DNA of 64,000 nt, taken from assembly GCA_024685275.1 (NCBI GenBank), contig JAIKVY010000246.1:10-64009 (forward strand). The letters run 5' to 3'. A model generated the notes under the pieces. It made no database searches. It had not been told where the DNA came from and was given only the letters and a program-made list of their open reading frames with translations. Position numbers and translations under genes: made by a program. This DNA is from Clostridia bacterium. GTDB lineage: Bacteria; Bacillota; Clostridia; Christensenellales; DTU072. Each line of letters begins with the position of its first letter. Positions within the stretch are counted from its first letter, which is position 1. Shown here piece after piece: positions 51,801 through 53,232 of the stretch.

Positions 51801-53232
51801 TGATGGCGGAAATGCTGGCTCAGGCTACTTTGTTGATCCAAGTTCAGATGTTAAATTAATGTTCAATGAAGATTATGGATATAGAGTATTCTATGTAATT
51901 AATGGAAAAGAATATTATATTAACTTTACTGATATTAATGGCGGTGGCACAACAAAAGATAGCATTAATAAATGGAACTTCAATAAAGTAAGATTCGCGT
52001 CTGGCACTTCTCAATATGCATACCTAACATTAGGTGGAGCAGATGGACAAGTAGTTTCATGGAGATTTAGTAATTTAAGCAATAGAACTATGATCGGAAC
52101 AAATATTCCTTCAGTAGTTTCTGTTTCAAGCGCGAATGATTATACGTTGCCTCAATTATTAACTGTATTCTACACAAAGAATGGAGCCTCAACAGCTTAT
52201 TTACCAGTTAGATATGGATATAATTTAGATAATCCAGATGAATATAAAGGCGTATATATGAAAGCAAAATCATCATATAACACAGATGGTGGTGATTATG
52301 AAACAGAAGGCGGAACTCCTGTTTACGCAACAAGAATATATTCTGAACAAAGTGGCAATACAACGCAGATTAAAGTAAGTAGTTATGGTGGCCATAGTAT
52401 AGCGACAACATCAATTGCACAAAATAGTCTATATCAAGCAAAAGTAGCAGATGATAATACAAAGAGAGCGTTTGTACAAAATGCAAACCAAGTAGCATTC
52501 ATTACTTGGATGGTAGATGCAAGAGTTGCATATCCAAAGAATTTAAATAAATTCAAAGGAGAAATAGCTTTAGGTGCATATGGCGATTATGGACAATTCT
52601 ACTTTGATTCAGATAAATATAATGAAAGTGATGGTTTATTATCAGGATTTGTTAAATATTATTCTGGATTGGTAGAAGAGAGATTTAACGCTGGTTCATT
52701 CTATTTATATTCATTCAATACAGAAGAACCTTCTAGCAAAGATGGTGGTTCTAAACCATACAGATTTACCAATTTAAGTGCAAAATCATTTAAAGGATCT
52801 ATAAATCCAAGTGCAACATATTTAGGAAATGGGGCAGGTGATGTATATAAGAATACACAAAAGATAACAATTAATATTCCACAAGGAACTAAGTTTGATT
52901 TATCTTGGATGCCTATACTTGTAGGAAGTTATACTCATGTAGAGGAAGGAACTGTAGATACAGACTTTGGAGTTCTAGATTATATATTAGAGCCAATACT
53001 TGATGCTATGACTGGAGATAAGACATTAACAGCAACAGAAACAACTGCAATGTTATTACCATGGCAAAATGCAAGCGTTAAAGATGAAAAGACTGGCCAA
53101 ACAAAGAATTTTGGCGATACAATGATTGATACATCTGAAATAAGAAGCTATACAATTAAATTAAATAATGTAAGACTTGGTTCATATGACTTCTCATTTG
53201 AAGTAATGGTTAGAATAAAGAAGGAAATTTAA
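15781..53232 (+). CDS. Giant (12,483 aa) predicted surface lipoprotein. Order: N-terminal lipid anchor, ~8,380 aa of diverged beta-rich super-repeats with nested helical insertions, then a ~4,100-aa prealbumin-like/Ig-like adhesin-type region.
   Basis: The frame runs uninterrupted from ATG 15781 to TAA 53230-53232. The longest ORF in any other frame over the same 37 kb is 129 aa. It has a lipoprotein signal peptide and the internal architecture listed in the sub-features. No LPXTG and no C-terminal TM anchor were found. Confidence 0.9.
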   Translation: MKNRKKFLSVFILIVCIVLALCMVACSERVAENEENNQGGGSSSGSGQVVDIKTEPLKSFNDFTKAVKDSFADDLVDKGNYVEEDQNWLDINLVLEYKRHAYEKENGVYTSTAKKTVHFRIIIQMKISLRDNSQSRALIELNDVSRNVTYLGFYYNNSTTYLNVGGKKYYTEQINLTAIGTLLVDALKLTNSADKTDIVGIVVDVLQGVIPVESIQGILSTAWKLFLFKGPYDITYSTATTTFDAQDDQGRVQKYTYPRYRYINEYLNSDFIFGMIHQGRISISIANIDYKLAWTEFGLPDLDHILEDVIGFGLKDIVEKDWPKMKISLHAITELKKTKNDDPTYHAYNYAFNGFGLSVLTDTGEYDVSLEVTPFVFGIRKESGVNVELGSYSLNDKGTVYKAGSFTNLEANLRLSFDSEEGEKLTISSLIGSKVFDLGDLSSMPINIQEKTHYTFDIGISASLDLFENKNNYLDAKIKYNGKKIIGIYLVPDLTQTTVAGRGKYLSSIYLDFGNLTSGGQPFFPSTVITGIDLTTALSTLIGENIMGILDPYRGKTTATRNAEGEEEKKGGLDVMKLIGLLISENIMTDDFGNISYEYKYITLPKKNGSKVLKFAFDNYAINTIVSMFIPSITPTINSAGETIYEDGIGIKGLSLSLDFARPFDSIRLNVDISEYTSLSLGIGSTNADGTYNTGLSYFEIPHFDLSAVGLDSNLKVPDEAIAKRLRGEYRDLDATLSYTASLSGIIEIGSTENTVINLDSLVQYVVEQFLDNLGLLAQIKINSSSNLKIKYVVQLGTALSNLGTSILVLDLYLLDEENKEIYTAPFLELYYRGDTDTIYITTKINNEANMVDQLSSQLPFIKIIDGNIPNLSISNVGIANMLKGKGFDIRPLFATIGKDIGSGINISNADVTPTEDGADVGGGSNILNIIGGALKGINVENGMLGIVINEDVLTILMGMLNVGINGGLPQINAHVDLQLGTQNELTDNGEYLYKITHTEKEIDVTTIYYVDKETGETIDYQNKNDFGENIVLDSEKYTTLKVNELLKDHEFVRVHLGILDSNGTRKEAFYIDWTLIDTINITKSNSAKPLAAFSAAAYVDLKNWVNTLVVSVNVELELGISATEEEYNYTDAYNLLSALQLAGLGDAITQLAKTLQIHVDNRYLKENGDGVGTLLGLAVKGNVNIGNIFDSEVSVVLFDKTVLLPDGYRASDGNTYQIIIGIYVKDGDGYVDLSYLGVNLVKINDLSHTYQGVLASEFDALWKESYEEVTNSDGTQSTTAFIDYEYLLNEVYCQAILDEFLSNQYHEYAFNEATGKGEWETKYPVSNYKYIVYNDKLLKAGPEADQPNLYYGNLEDDYIIYIYETSKLINYFDIGTNDNILRLKKGYSSYLVNSNGTITVKKGNQEEQINTVNGEGGIPITINIWELQKAIETNAYGGSTFGDGTIFLNKVKASAYSLYSTIVSQYAGYFDNTNTDDNPVARNNLLAMYWEIVNDQKEIWEVKYTNSSDYLTSASDLSSRALDNIRSRYPEYRDASALVIRETKYYSDEMEVLREALVRDYINGLVSSNGVETMSNNLLKAITVMKFMKNSTDIVFNIENAYGEYIKAQNLELSPTSSTEKSSISIDGKIALKLIYDRGAITLELTKNVFETLLTALGFGEVTNYISIDYLGLGIDLSDGLKVQIKLQVEDTYSISLAINELKASLDESKREDYGFVITKDFTEGGTIEGIPNAFQVQAAIEISIENILKQTNTTGINDYDLTALLTRLFGGSAFTRTELSEFLAEITKLNPELTEDAVKAEAFRRLISDSLGNEKKTTEINTRSSEAYTEASKNGAQRDSVEHLSLAWDKLVDGAIILDIGALGIEFLVQIIGDIKAVLTIEATAYIDITEIRSSSLQVVLKRTIGNETDVVLTLYYDGRTNTSKTEFTGDVYISTKIFDIGNIKLTNVSAIFGDMFKTFNSEFIGDVQNSVYKFFGIERTEASGQTPSNASSEKINANNADGMVTAATIINLTFNDSNIGISLAKASILNLIYVFLNIDLSEQLSEITMGLGIDLRFDKDLSVSVGIDLGHIVSRNNEELAAIMDSVLENRDGNKSSAWQELQTMLVEVLQQEEDISPEAIVEAFDTILNDIKSNNVSKYGTKYSDSELREVAWDTVYWLSKGVTYDEAIEVYPEPGETETRITIDVFNILTGELIDINGDETKVLIKVGKINASMNKTMLDPDVDFVGFKEMSQIAKIGLALGGYAQFEISGNDNGEYSFDYLFELVYKQIFDNRDPDIGFQVDINANDVFAQTNWIDIKANVDLTKLKDLSNIELYLSITSDTNHKKFEQLSKLREYLKSIEEANNSYYNAWNYAHNASIYQQGNSDFENLAILNDYEHNYKALVALMDDVYAKYNAMYQVSSQEELYEKLWKQLYGIVGDFYLGNVLGLYIILDDNGVGNIYLDLAFLGIEPVVLKDVSKFLTKIGESFEIDYQKFLDGLFGGSSKEEDEESPNNAYGVKAKNADDETSLAELAQLLVSINANKNNTFLLVKITSAAIYALLESFGVKDIKMYFGEEPEEIAEDDTMIYPQYSPSGEIRLFGYHEDIEDNVVVKRWYDLLSVGVKLQNLMFLDIGIIQPSLDIVRGDIRILPKEFIEQDNKVVSYYTELDEWETDLRLSMDGSIDVIADMITNAETGYTDDINQMNLGPFLREILGEQLQLDIILQTLSDIELDTHFNLQISVNILRIYQALQTDMSNMGIGDYIGLVGIIAPELCLEIISRDVDTHKETVIMGIYLIKETNRYGEEYLSLYVDLGKLHISPIKVTNLVKVAPLLINSFSQLFANEEEAENAESLQLLTYFLNLTSKASEISKSKDIDLNTIRNSAKEYVESSDFVSLRELNKLYDNNASEEVIQEKVNEIVDGVTRAKNAEREAKPVEDFIAVVVGNDYGFTIEAVAEVLIKILDEAFNDIKTIERRSFEHMMKDVISDEIEVEASGYNRIVAQMRTLLEDSDGEKKLAWLNVIEESSNYLDNADNLKLANDLYTSINNVNRAIYNSRYSENKIYDVAWDALLWMFAGISYEDATKVYPIDAGGDLTVITIDIFNRLVNGYIKIEDDGVQSKYDELKESANDEQTMDNAILMRGLEYFMYYYEADAFDKYVEYINQMLFYINKYKTAHHVDEVQDTRVNNVRKAEAYDELIINNFLKKEDKDIFTAEFNKNYSILVSGNETVAKATTWDTIVSFFNGAYTKLVSALDYVNTKAKEIYKTEFKDKENDDLPTVFNIVNRTYKYDANQSETANTTYTYNSIVTILFKTVAWEYLFISGQAENTDARPYKTLFEDLAIKESSNTQGVIGQAQVKEYAWEKLREDAENVAKGVYPYILRNDIVLEVSETENISKYGFGYTVSYSKSTKDKEHVWALYVVDTNIANTFEAYLLSGSSKLPEMVVEAAHGTGSAKIALLNENRLIAVEAELGRFKVKLAFNSAGLYMSKKDLVKNVQRNKLNYDEYTEITVAEFLAEDETKYAEFDEKSQYVYAKLDLDLELKEEQTDFNFTELVSTLLDQIGVDLVINNNQIGIELLLKLLTHLDSKFRLSVEARVNLFSLFKGDLSTTDIALTLYSGEGYRDVVLQVVLGSYVDVNDNKEKNFVFVDLSRFNIQPLIIYDAINYVRTLLDSLNSSNATFSPYDYRYAKNGAELFTDVLAYGIMHTAMNADNSEEYEKIVLGFDDPTGVGASIESAAIYVILNLLGMGQIKDYLEKAAHITLEANIFGVPNYRDGMSYSDKYRDLIRLSLALKAFEEDGGVSATTGLELDLGIHGIELSLNQKKYILDLDSVENLQNHLLPENYAEINNSLPPIILSTTIMLNIAGAETEESNINVSPISNLLDTINPDLSPSLSNIIGQILLKIVDNNAMTVAIDLKAQISLGRGEDTDYLNHILEESIIRIAIRAWYTYEETTSDKNKEWAVVTYSNGNLYIDLENLNIDKIMIRDATSLIMKKDEETQNAWAEVARLWKAATGDTSIGIEVDAILGTHGLYIAMQKAAIKSIINIFGFGDALVFRDDLIQIYLETRRLDEDLWINNNKTISLFAGANIAFLKNGQFAIDSLATGQISSLNPAILINLGLEGIYIGFENRENWDVDSPEKYIEVNDINTIRFGTNLSLDFSDSTGIYDFRELLNSILDMTDIDLAGIGIQKDIRLILDIVQADIANVSVNASVSVYLGDLISSALSGAGINIDIDQIIERLQASIEIVFKRDNSDEKVTSIKIVYIRGDAYIDLSNLNKNLGKAKVEGVLDLVSSLIGGNSEAAEAANGFVKVVNDYVNSFVAKNATEAITLEDITKTYISLAMSGQTGLEILVVYGAVQAAIRYLLGSESIAEVMAIVATASNPSLSLNLNKKVEIRVNLSVPSRFKNDDQYIKLTAIEKSIEEYYDIAEGITYEEQYLSSGSQTIFSDTVGSGEDKTIKTIIEDVISKSSLYKLFNLTDSKKSAIVDQWEKDGLLSSINIRNYSVTEWLSRLDAKYMFYSRNDCKPLVFNLIALYLYEDKASINFNNLFSNTITGLNVSVDTSLSLTEDEQVALLQELGNYKKVEGETYYTLFEFFSEYFSGEFENDDVKDSDYKTFIRDIAINYIKGAITLNAIWLESLEGEIKTISLDGSSYIIHTAKYDEYYDKLLVKAWDKLIENFENKLGLGTITNNELLLYAIAQFSYEKARNILDDNASESEIKSEAYNQYVEFVEEYSILDYEGLTETTNGKLKQSIIYKNLLYTYLDAIDVELLTGINFDSFTGSLSRTKEELIGDIRDIVKGILYGVRKYSYDLLTNVDSEYRSDYERVVLSSTAELEFTYDVLYDIKNIYLDVIELFGQSDSVSAARTILVDIGQYLYNEESTIQEITSITNPSDLHLLNAAIAILEKYSALFSNLFTVQDVSNYVNNTYSADSWDSLFDTFDFNAYDTFDELKLDVLRIYYENQLQAYDFGALYDNLTIKTYENIYSVIKNKYENALSIRDVKDCDEIRGKLFKAYAGPGDNTWDNLIYILSNYYFAYHNAKKIILTEAKTNVNKYLKLLVNNGTAFTIENYSNTFNGEIISLNLLNDYSSANIVNMALAFLTNQYVDISDVNTLRNINTTFTQASSDELVLYAGCYIIYQELSDNDTIKAKIAKAYKDYSEGNYVNGLQDVNINSILVILNKIYESLSFEGKSLAKLIVSQLISVGTAIDPDIYLNTDEELKVEIEKINKDSLVKERAYNFMISSSIDLEMYTQLNSVKQSIIFELIYLNNPQDRNDINNVLLSFWNGTLADVLVSFKNNKALLTETNIDIYYQMFGKIFSDTAKEELYKLFTEVDSTTGMYRQIITIFDNLVQDTYVDIMTDYDKAVVVSRVYEKLSEYLPDNVAGAQSAGYNALYAFTKIFVDTIYDFINIDFEAMIENILLSYDDAKYKNLTSNEVLSYYQSVIKVVEDQLETMIFNQFKDQIKTYAANENNLIYQVEKTAKDFLYIDNAPVGTLGEEDEGTLSDITTSYNINPDNKVEKDGDDVVIYTKEGNNYNKVTDTSSLTSGQKTYNKYDITAKIVVKLVPTVCSNNSYQFPLNAPLGLTSLYTTLQKTVDITKTGQKVIIDGTGYTVFVGWVDDQSILRKDENDEIVSDEFIKELTIELTYENCAWLNSTDNSWGSGKWSSYFIDTTDSDKNNKLKELGNQFIEKIETEHSDWISDAVANAINTLKAEYYQAIQDVLKLVDLIVGTEAAPAGVTVETIEDKVGSATTSVELYENASKLIKIISECERISGNDYGKANYETMYSYKLNALVDFYNGKNVGIKTNFLKEVMSATNYKLAFLDLDEVNSYNLNIIVGGIELANYIDIITNLSEAMIEGYLESENIEVLRAKERKDVSSYLEQTLKNTLLSFDAAKYRKALHIFKEKMETTFNNNNGFVFYSDSDTIIKSKSNYNYSQLIDKIIKDGESILLKNYVSETNAGYLILNSRINATGQKFGSNENWFRFAYNLVKSQQYISAENWTKVKDVLSLDPSATGFSLEVNDASQLKEILEYAILYTLTDDSNAINEYGLVNAEGNDNVYLTNQEELILANELYARLKDIGRPFENISVFKNIYSSSGSEFNTRLERAIYFNAKTIIEKDSKEYLDKEAEEAVINDQEYTLLLRESAALDVFNIYLELVGNNVELTLTKAHDIAEASNYEYLRNLIEDNGGANIQSVTVEYNDFFTYVRDLYTDSSIKDSVRNIVNYVYNYAGLTFNRLTINSADVISKLYPEYIYHYMDSKKETIYNDIIGILGKIYKNNDETFNIDDVEGIKIVELINGLSSIVVDSNYKAFTSMLSNLGLKEDEVTVDNIFDMVAYIYGNNYDVFSGISPLNDANNYVNGLKTIMDSMRDKLKDIYLNPNSKASRINNYTYNKISRIEYYDYAILNQVDYERIGKYSASIESYVLNLVNALIKNTYGLHGLFNDISSADADKYGGDLNSSLAGDSLIAYKALKGFVFYSGNFNYYIDNYTNNIRNVLKQQYFDNKTLMEYLIYGDELLGEPYEIVETPEIGQIENYYEKNTINSTFVKTEDTVIDDGKTYYISTGNRLAIKLANDFVDLATNMIETDKTTISNDLGINVDTIKNSGTTIEKAAAMYNIANKYKDLNDGANDFTQAFKDHYKHKPALAIDNISEYLTESIWKEYYANFNSLYTAVEDVLKMKETCQGFLEDENVQLSDIEEFLSKINYKDSANFLNIFMEKTKQNITDTLETEIKNSKYILEVAFDYMDSSIIQAGEVAQVDISLALDLSNTKLQAENEVISIDPVTGDKTSSIEDILSDSEKDEFISYTDLQLYLAFNGYLSVEFGAGETDLADIIKLVLTNINLSQIGVYFDKSHIMLGKINARIGLDVDKILKIDDDEELAKAVMAFIDIEYQLIDNGESNQEVRFDQQVISLYIYEGKVYLRIEIFDAEICLGLNLNLAKLLLNLLGVRKDEDEVVSQNLAKFNDAIAKKFNGNYSENILRKVYNAAKQGSDASVIEALIRGSSNEMSIVLTADILIEVLRALITDESVIENVSNLIYVIITSGEIEIEYGKDFGINLNLRKNLTQSLSGKTNVSYNVNLGLLKDTEFSMNKSVKVNGIIQTTENEKFINFSRELETLNNSGFFNKFHIMTLDVENLLNTALNGGAVNLDIATTLGKVFGDRIQIGISLEFNADVMRTIIDWSELFGVLGSLNINPAFYLRVFDNFKGNIRLDLSLDFNVALLSTAISEDEDRVYNAFDVKLRAYRGDLNIFNIYELSGVLNTTKDNPIFSPTFYMDLGDSGPEKYKVSSKDLYEFLHINLVEMMLNILGSDAHAHVDISDASNADDEEALSDTEQGISETILGFEGENIANLDFGKILKSITFGEGKLGIRLSEAIANELIKIINKNWTFAEIGNFSLDINFVDNTIALNIPLDASLKDSNGNELERSKLKYGVKISNLYVYFGTVVDFLGDNKTEEDLFADYPDINDYVWIEESNLSLKITDDANTIVDLSSVTSNIMSGLELQILSNEDMLDVGLGLTLRTYIDFSDLANLQFELIIKINGNRAISVAYVGSMDDGNVYLDLSGIGYPQVYLSGIKLGDMLNDILQKLYDSFDKSQNTIDSSNAAGYVSGSISSGEATAIKYPTIANVGIGNNILIALIDRDLFNVAMSGALLKTLIGSLTSSLNFIPDFANLQVGYEHDVISGIKLVYDEGQHFAISLNFEHSYTYMVTSKNLNANVEAKSHMPLAGVNKADYVCIDELKNLYLSLNLELSLITMNPNGDKSDTVEELEALLENLLGMSANSVDLQFQDANVILGVSVKIGFDLTNYANSVLIIEITYNDETIIGLYYVEGQLYASLSGLGLFDIKLNAVDIMSALSGILTGTGLPITSEGIKIKEIILNAISLLESGARGTATWSKDVENTLGIDDEYAEYLKQYKEKHDNGEYEQLTAAQTETIKSTINNELIEMNQKYGNVWNSTKFREKYDEVMDTIGFGEVVATDAITKAGGVITVMLYNGSFLISPKSEALSSLLGMDIPAFDNFAISMNLDNGINNLDLKVRIDDSNTLDISIPEKDGLSLYLNYGVGEGAGGMDISLANKLSDYIPDSLSTFGAISGLTFGEQGFNIDIPNLIDSLLNFLSLEGLNINLESKGDYWTRRTSYTNYSIFNASAPQMYADEDKGYTTRDWEKFKNLLITIYAMGEIGSIINLFVSAYTFNPQNLFNMITGIAGLAGKINDVFSNTADLYNGLNKNIRYQKLQRNARGRGNIKLYKDTANVLSLEVNIPNISSASILQADLVQFGLILRGNLVEKLAEAVDSLGFVANTILGFFENIKDVISALDDGELDLNKIIGSFTGGKGLYLNGDTIDALIKSFSKTEDTSSYYSKMYGTVLDSNGNPVEGATVTYTHSGVTHTTTTNNVGRYYFTELPMTGHLDETHDLSLIPAVRASFYAKYNLGGLTIDDLSKEQFISGLKHGMAGSDTGDIGQDSEVTYEGVTYVYHYYTYGQANLGNPRAGYFYKKSDYGTISVTKKGSTTTGLNGILLEPSIVAGAKHIDNLVITTTDSEEGTSDIIINGYVINTTGMTDSSFETYESVANIETNYKNNLNNRIGGVNVVYNLGEANINTSTSAENTGSFVLHAKEYGTLRQAISGNTILHQFELTKANYVDHHNIIVTYNDAFAYFFDDSSRTAYQKLDEYISQIIGTDGTGALAQEKNNGNAYEFNVYFGMTIVNEHLISITGNVTAKDNDEKISIPNPEDFEIWVAVAEHNTSDYKLIGVCDFYDLLPDDFSATMDIYGNFSISSEKLTLENKDGSISGKDIKVKFRSSKYKNCDYLFTYNDSTNKYNNTKIITADSVTNVSGETFETALSIICNHVFTLRAENWTTEYENASAFAALRLRIGSDLVDKTYKQSADMIDDELKQGTVEIIADDYVYVEIWLSSAVINNVIYKVDNLLGGLDNMMDISPTATIQTSTISDVDTTTQSDFNFRYYKYTELTTKYDSLYENFPELKRGRYNETKDISVGDRIYLSESQYYQAVFSALPKIPIALVHGLLADKAYANLGLHKTIQSDALKTIFKIVDILGFLPGLERNDDVDTDTSLQDFIALLLDCPKFPEIILTAVQGLLGLLNLIPYAKFVFIPINFVLNQVISVFEKLIDAVFELIDYLLPLLYNLLPLESGYNMFNTYDLKGSPLESAKFAYTIKGTEKDSNEVETETTIESYNSSLASLFYEESGQKELGDYSVKTAQGVENVTLYRQTDSVDRSVYAKVSLNNGSIFGALESIQLFVNGASYTSTIESKYAELEEDFRTGKSNDTNAQWSYDYEKYYGRNGTFFSGEIVDKYGNRGSGYSFSLPDASLEHTIKATDIRILPIYEKGEKVAFNHSYYNAAGTLTTGAYGSANFSNNLQFMNDWIGTNNTNNYSVTDIYYFDPITEKKVVYYRYFVYDAYGDKYSVGQSVKQDRYQELEINLSSGLNLRHVVDINSDTILFSRYKSVDDNGAIALMGILQVEEDWQNPTKIVLYDPYDLTDFEVHGGTWATNNGGQVVRNYNPNVTVYDTLANRAKIDFDDGASTGTYGANVFWDFDTFKACKSDVTTHLNGYIGNTIYSEIEVEIKLISLESDNQGDEETTVSAKAELLEVAANTRFDPRAETVEEFMNKLCEGFEIYYSAANSTNGKEKTYLYNDVTWSLDYVETEYKDAKGNVIRSYDSLVDYDNAYINIKYRTYGVDENGNAYASNTGYSSMVIKLNEVINYTANGVEGELEGTIGGIKRDTESEKIFGVATINPLNNTKPLETMQKLKKFDKVYLNSGSVTTDWEVIKNSFALIGNEKGLTLEDYDVLDTSAQTYYVSYAITDATGNIQKVIIKVVIQSSGIVGIEETNQGSENDRNQVLILPNGEVQADVNEDPIKYVLDTLHLNKNVTLIYDNGGKEVVSLNEDGKFNEDLDSNIKAQYVSYVTGIDENNKYIIENFILIEGKGGLSYLVPSLEYNKTQDFDIYAQVGVQGYTKYQMNKAVTDILVSYIPLTVTKTQMESESYDLLYESTTKYNMLFLNSIYEEVSKNPLNATTTAKKAAAWEYYYNLVSSKLDENSNVNPYYDVKVKQQLDSIYLGVQVKHSTLTYNGAKARWYNNTIQANAGVISINKLEEVYNTINRNIANVQKTVTEKKALAYDEWYNNYTRGEIIFYRKVDEKILTGANSIVINVADKMSIDSSDIGNKLEFYFNGLTDERQAIDVIWYDKDKIVENINKNIGYNGYLTYGDVVIFDPLFGNQTRKNLIIQLSSIEIVSFGISAALMYNGDIEKFLPEYIIETSPGVSYSYKVEFNPYDESSIANLLQYYLYDTNVSHYYIITSTSTGETKIINQIEDGVRMFKFATDSQGMPIWKYKNDTNGDGDYTNDGLSYDGKTYTSILVLVQSANYDEENPSTPKWSAWVEYDFNHAYFNDASLAQDNRVIDSTITNITKFYVDGLSVGTDISKSGDKYYITIDPSIVDLSKGLTFDVVTKGYRFIPKSMAGGVTEFTNSDFTNVMTLAGRIDLDNIENFYEKTYIDTQIVFGDKVNTIQRINIRLINSAISTIKEATEIIYYDKDDNVIDFNTHAYTAFENLLDSLPVRADVTGLVNGLKKTISIPVKWDYIEEYTKTKVIDDVTYRVNSQEQYPKARAYIGSKTFGYIVREVELKIKQETITSITGLPERNTINVDPYSNTKKMDDFASIYTQARITTSLGNEYDVSIVIDSSNIDYMLYKENDFESQQFTIYFNVGNTVKTEHSNFDIRQGYPITAILESRKVESIKIFDESGEEVLDPVGNMYNQIDFSKYHYAVIYGSGADAVRVDDSDVTILGTEDIEYKPAGGRFTIKATVGQGDLLQESQIEVVITKAELITIVYDGEESELSNTGFGLGDDNKSDSNKMLSYKHTTLTAGQEYYELERIVIEPFIGFVEYGKYVESDSIKYGAGITNTSSIDYTKYGLPNTITACINIGNNEYETIELNVAWDYKTVLDDMTLNGGLYNKDGNVNVVTATVYKDVDEKGKIINGQSLNVSVKVMDRSIKYYEVSYKEDFNNALFIGLDDIVYSVENGGASNTYELLIDPYSLQNPMLTEESDKVFNTESNAYSENFSLEDGNINPNFVYFRWVRAVCEDGYTVLYKLGSDNYKIFDTDTGVATKATNLYTGRNVTIELKVGESITNGIEESDRVFAKESFTLSIAPKIGGKAADEGFNEKINARILDMTYSKGNGLPKDMYYIDVYGIIDKFSTEVEYEEVEINKPIIGNDSANYFWRDSSKADLVSHVFEEITYDDTDINTNRYDIVSMETDPSLGEIPIRITTVSAYGPTSGKTIGYGGGVGRLIAKFGNSKEIGLGGEQTFDVQIVYVNRTLYAGDSKGKGLIFEYESLDKDGNVEIRKSAPFFNEEDGAFYFDPYVDFNRENNGFELGEVDGLGNITKNGSQGFLLYGKYGLSVRFVTTKFDELLNNKLNTTSFVHNLSKQTTINVSFISAIAGIKYSGGVYDATAVLERTYSTTSQKEVAERSAQRIGFTVIFKSRQAGSDSVSNSVVVGNPSDGYKTYKYATIAGTNYEVNEGLSVNIYNDEFLDTKVGKDTRTGEDITVKILNKDKLILGLRIYEYIGQIGISTQISNKVFRSGSYNFYYYGKDFAQPIIYEYNSYANDYTAEEVRTGYYNNLILSTSEFSGTIGSIKYNNGILMKFVMDTTFALTYKGTDVYFNLTIPGYALGKNGQQKIKIVLSSTEEYIYMALPLMKYGYTKSMNVNSYIINTATFAGTYDGHSVDIKGWAYLTYYDSVIRSIGSGSVVCEYSDGVFYLYDPEFGSNADSGYSKQSAISYSTHTGMLNVDSPYFFINNGGLPLPDYVRIYTTSKALFNHYKEDIETLQSGYSSALNTFMAQNTTGKDYCSNKAVTKYLSASWTHARANSLKVNYKDTSFGSSFCMSVDGQVVQTTMTSTPWLISNTSGTVQGFNTTTAYGDEDIIPLPSTTEVYNSNIHIIYKKDYDGGNAGSGYFVDPSSDVKLMFNEDYGYRVFYVINGKEYYINFTDINGGGTTKDSINKWNFNKVRFASGTSQYAYLTLGGADGQVVSWRFSNLSNRTMIGTNIPSVVSVSSANDYTLPQLLTVFYTKNGASTAYLPVRYGYNLDNPDEYKGVYMKAKSSYNTDGGDYETEGGTPVYATRIYSEQSGNTTQIKVSSYGGHSIATTSIAQNSLYQAKVADDNTKRAFVQNANQVAFITWMVDARVAYPKNLNKFKGEIALGAYGDYGQFYFDSDKYNESDGLLSGFVKYYSGLVEERFNAGSFYLYSFNTEEPSSKDGGSKPYRFTNLSAKSFKGSINPSATYLGNGAGDVYKNTQKITINIPQGTKFDLSWMPILVGSYTHVEEGTVDTDFGVLDYILEPILDAMTGDKTLTATETTAMLLPWQNASVKDEKTGQTKNFGDTMIDTSEIRSYTIKLNNVRLGSYDFSFEVMVRIKKEI
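16261..39384 (+). repeat. At least 14 diverged copies of a ~300-400-aa protein module, marked by a conserved beta-hairpin 'junction' signature
   Basis: Junction motifs, with exact nt from in-frame translation: YLNVGGKKYY 16261; IYLDFGNL 17305-17328; IYITTK 18295-18312; YVDLSYLGVNLVKINDL 19471-19521; VYISTKIFDIGNIKLTNV 21580-21633; IYLDLAFLGIEPVVLKDV 23119-23172; LYVDLGKLHISPIKVTNL 24169-24222; FVFVDLSRFNIQPLIIYDA 26686-26742; LYIDLENLNIDKIMIRDA 27670-27723; AYIDLSNLNKNLGKAKVEGV 28570-28629; VYLRIEIFDAEICLGLNL 36571-36624; FYMDLGDSGPEKYKV 37636-37680; VYLDLSGIGYPQVYLSGIKLGDM 38497-38565; LYASLSGLGLFDIKLNAVDI 39325-39384. Each is preceded by h-x-h-Y-h (e.g. IIGLYYVEGQ, ISLYIYEGK, IIGIYVKDGDG). 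Confidence 0.8.
28990..36070 (+). other. ~2,360-aa Gly/Pro-poor, predicted all-alpha insertion between super-repeat copies 10 and 11
   Basis: It lies between the strand-like ...VEIRVNLSVPSRF (ends ~28980) and ...GEVAQVDISLALDLS (starts ~36070). The sequence is Y/N/D/E/L/I/K-rich and lacks the junction signature. It contains recurring aromatic motifs: KAWDKLIENF, EAYNQYVEF, ERAYNFMIS. Confidence 0.6.
40927..41061 (+). other. Carboxypeptidase-regulatory-like (prealbumin/transthyretin-fold) domain
   Basis: YGTVLDSNGNPVEGATVTYTHSGVTHTTTTNNVGRYYFTELPMTG matches the classic G-x-V-x-D-x-x-G-x-P-[VI]-x-G-A-x-V ... T-x-T-x-x-x-G-x-[YF]-x-F-x-x-L pattern. Two weaker look-alikes follow at ~41480-41705 and ~41975-42245. 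Confidence 0.7.
42889..43310 (+). other. ~140-aa hydrophobic, Pro-punctuated helical patch inside the beta-sandwich region
   Basis: ALPKIPIALVHGLLADKAY...FPEIILTAVQGLLGLLNLIPYAKFVFIPINFVLNQVISVFEKLIDAVFELIDYLLPLLYNLLPL contains TM-length apolar stretches, unlike the polar context around it. Confidence 0.6.
44500..53229 (+). repeat. Array of highly diverged Ig-like beta-sandwich modules with a Big_4-like signature (LPxx[IV]x[VA] ... [IV]x[VI]xW[DS]), plus one DUF5011-like module
   Basis: Examples: FMNKLCEGFEIYY...YNDVTWSLDYVE (~44737-44855); DWEVIKNSF...LDTSAQTYYVSYAITDATGNIQKVIIKVVI (45217-45385, DUF5011-like); AIDVIWYDKD (~46470); LPVRADVTGLVNGLKKTISIPVKWDYIEEY (~47605-47700); GLPNTITACINIGNNEYETIELNVAWDYKTV (~48679-48780); TLPQLLTVFYTKNGASTAYLPVRYGY (~52140-52240). 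A preceding [IV]-[DN]-P-[YLF] motif recurs (TINVDPYS, LLIDPYS, VEFNPYD). Confidence 0.5.
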
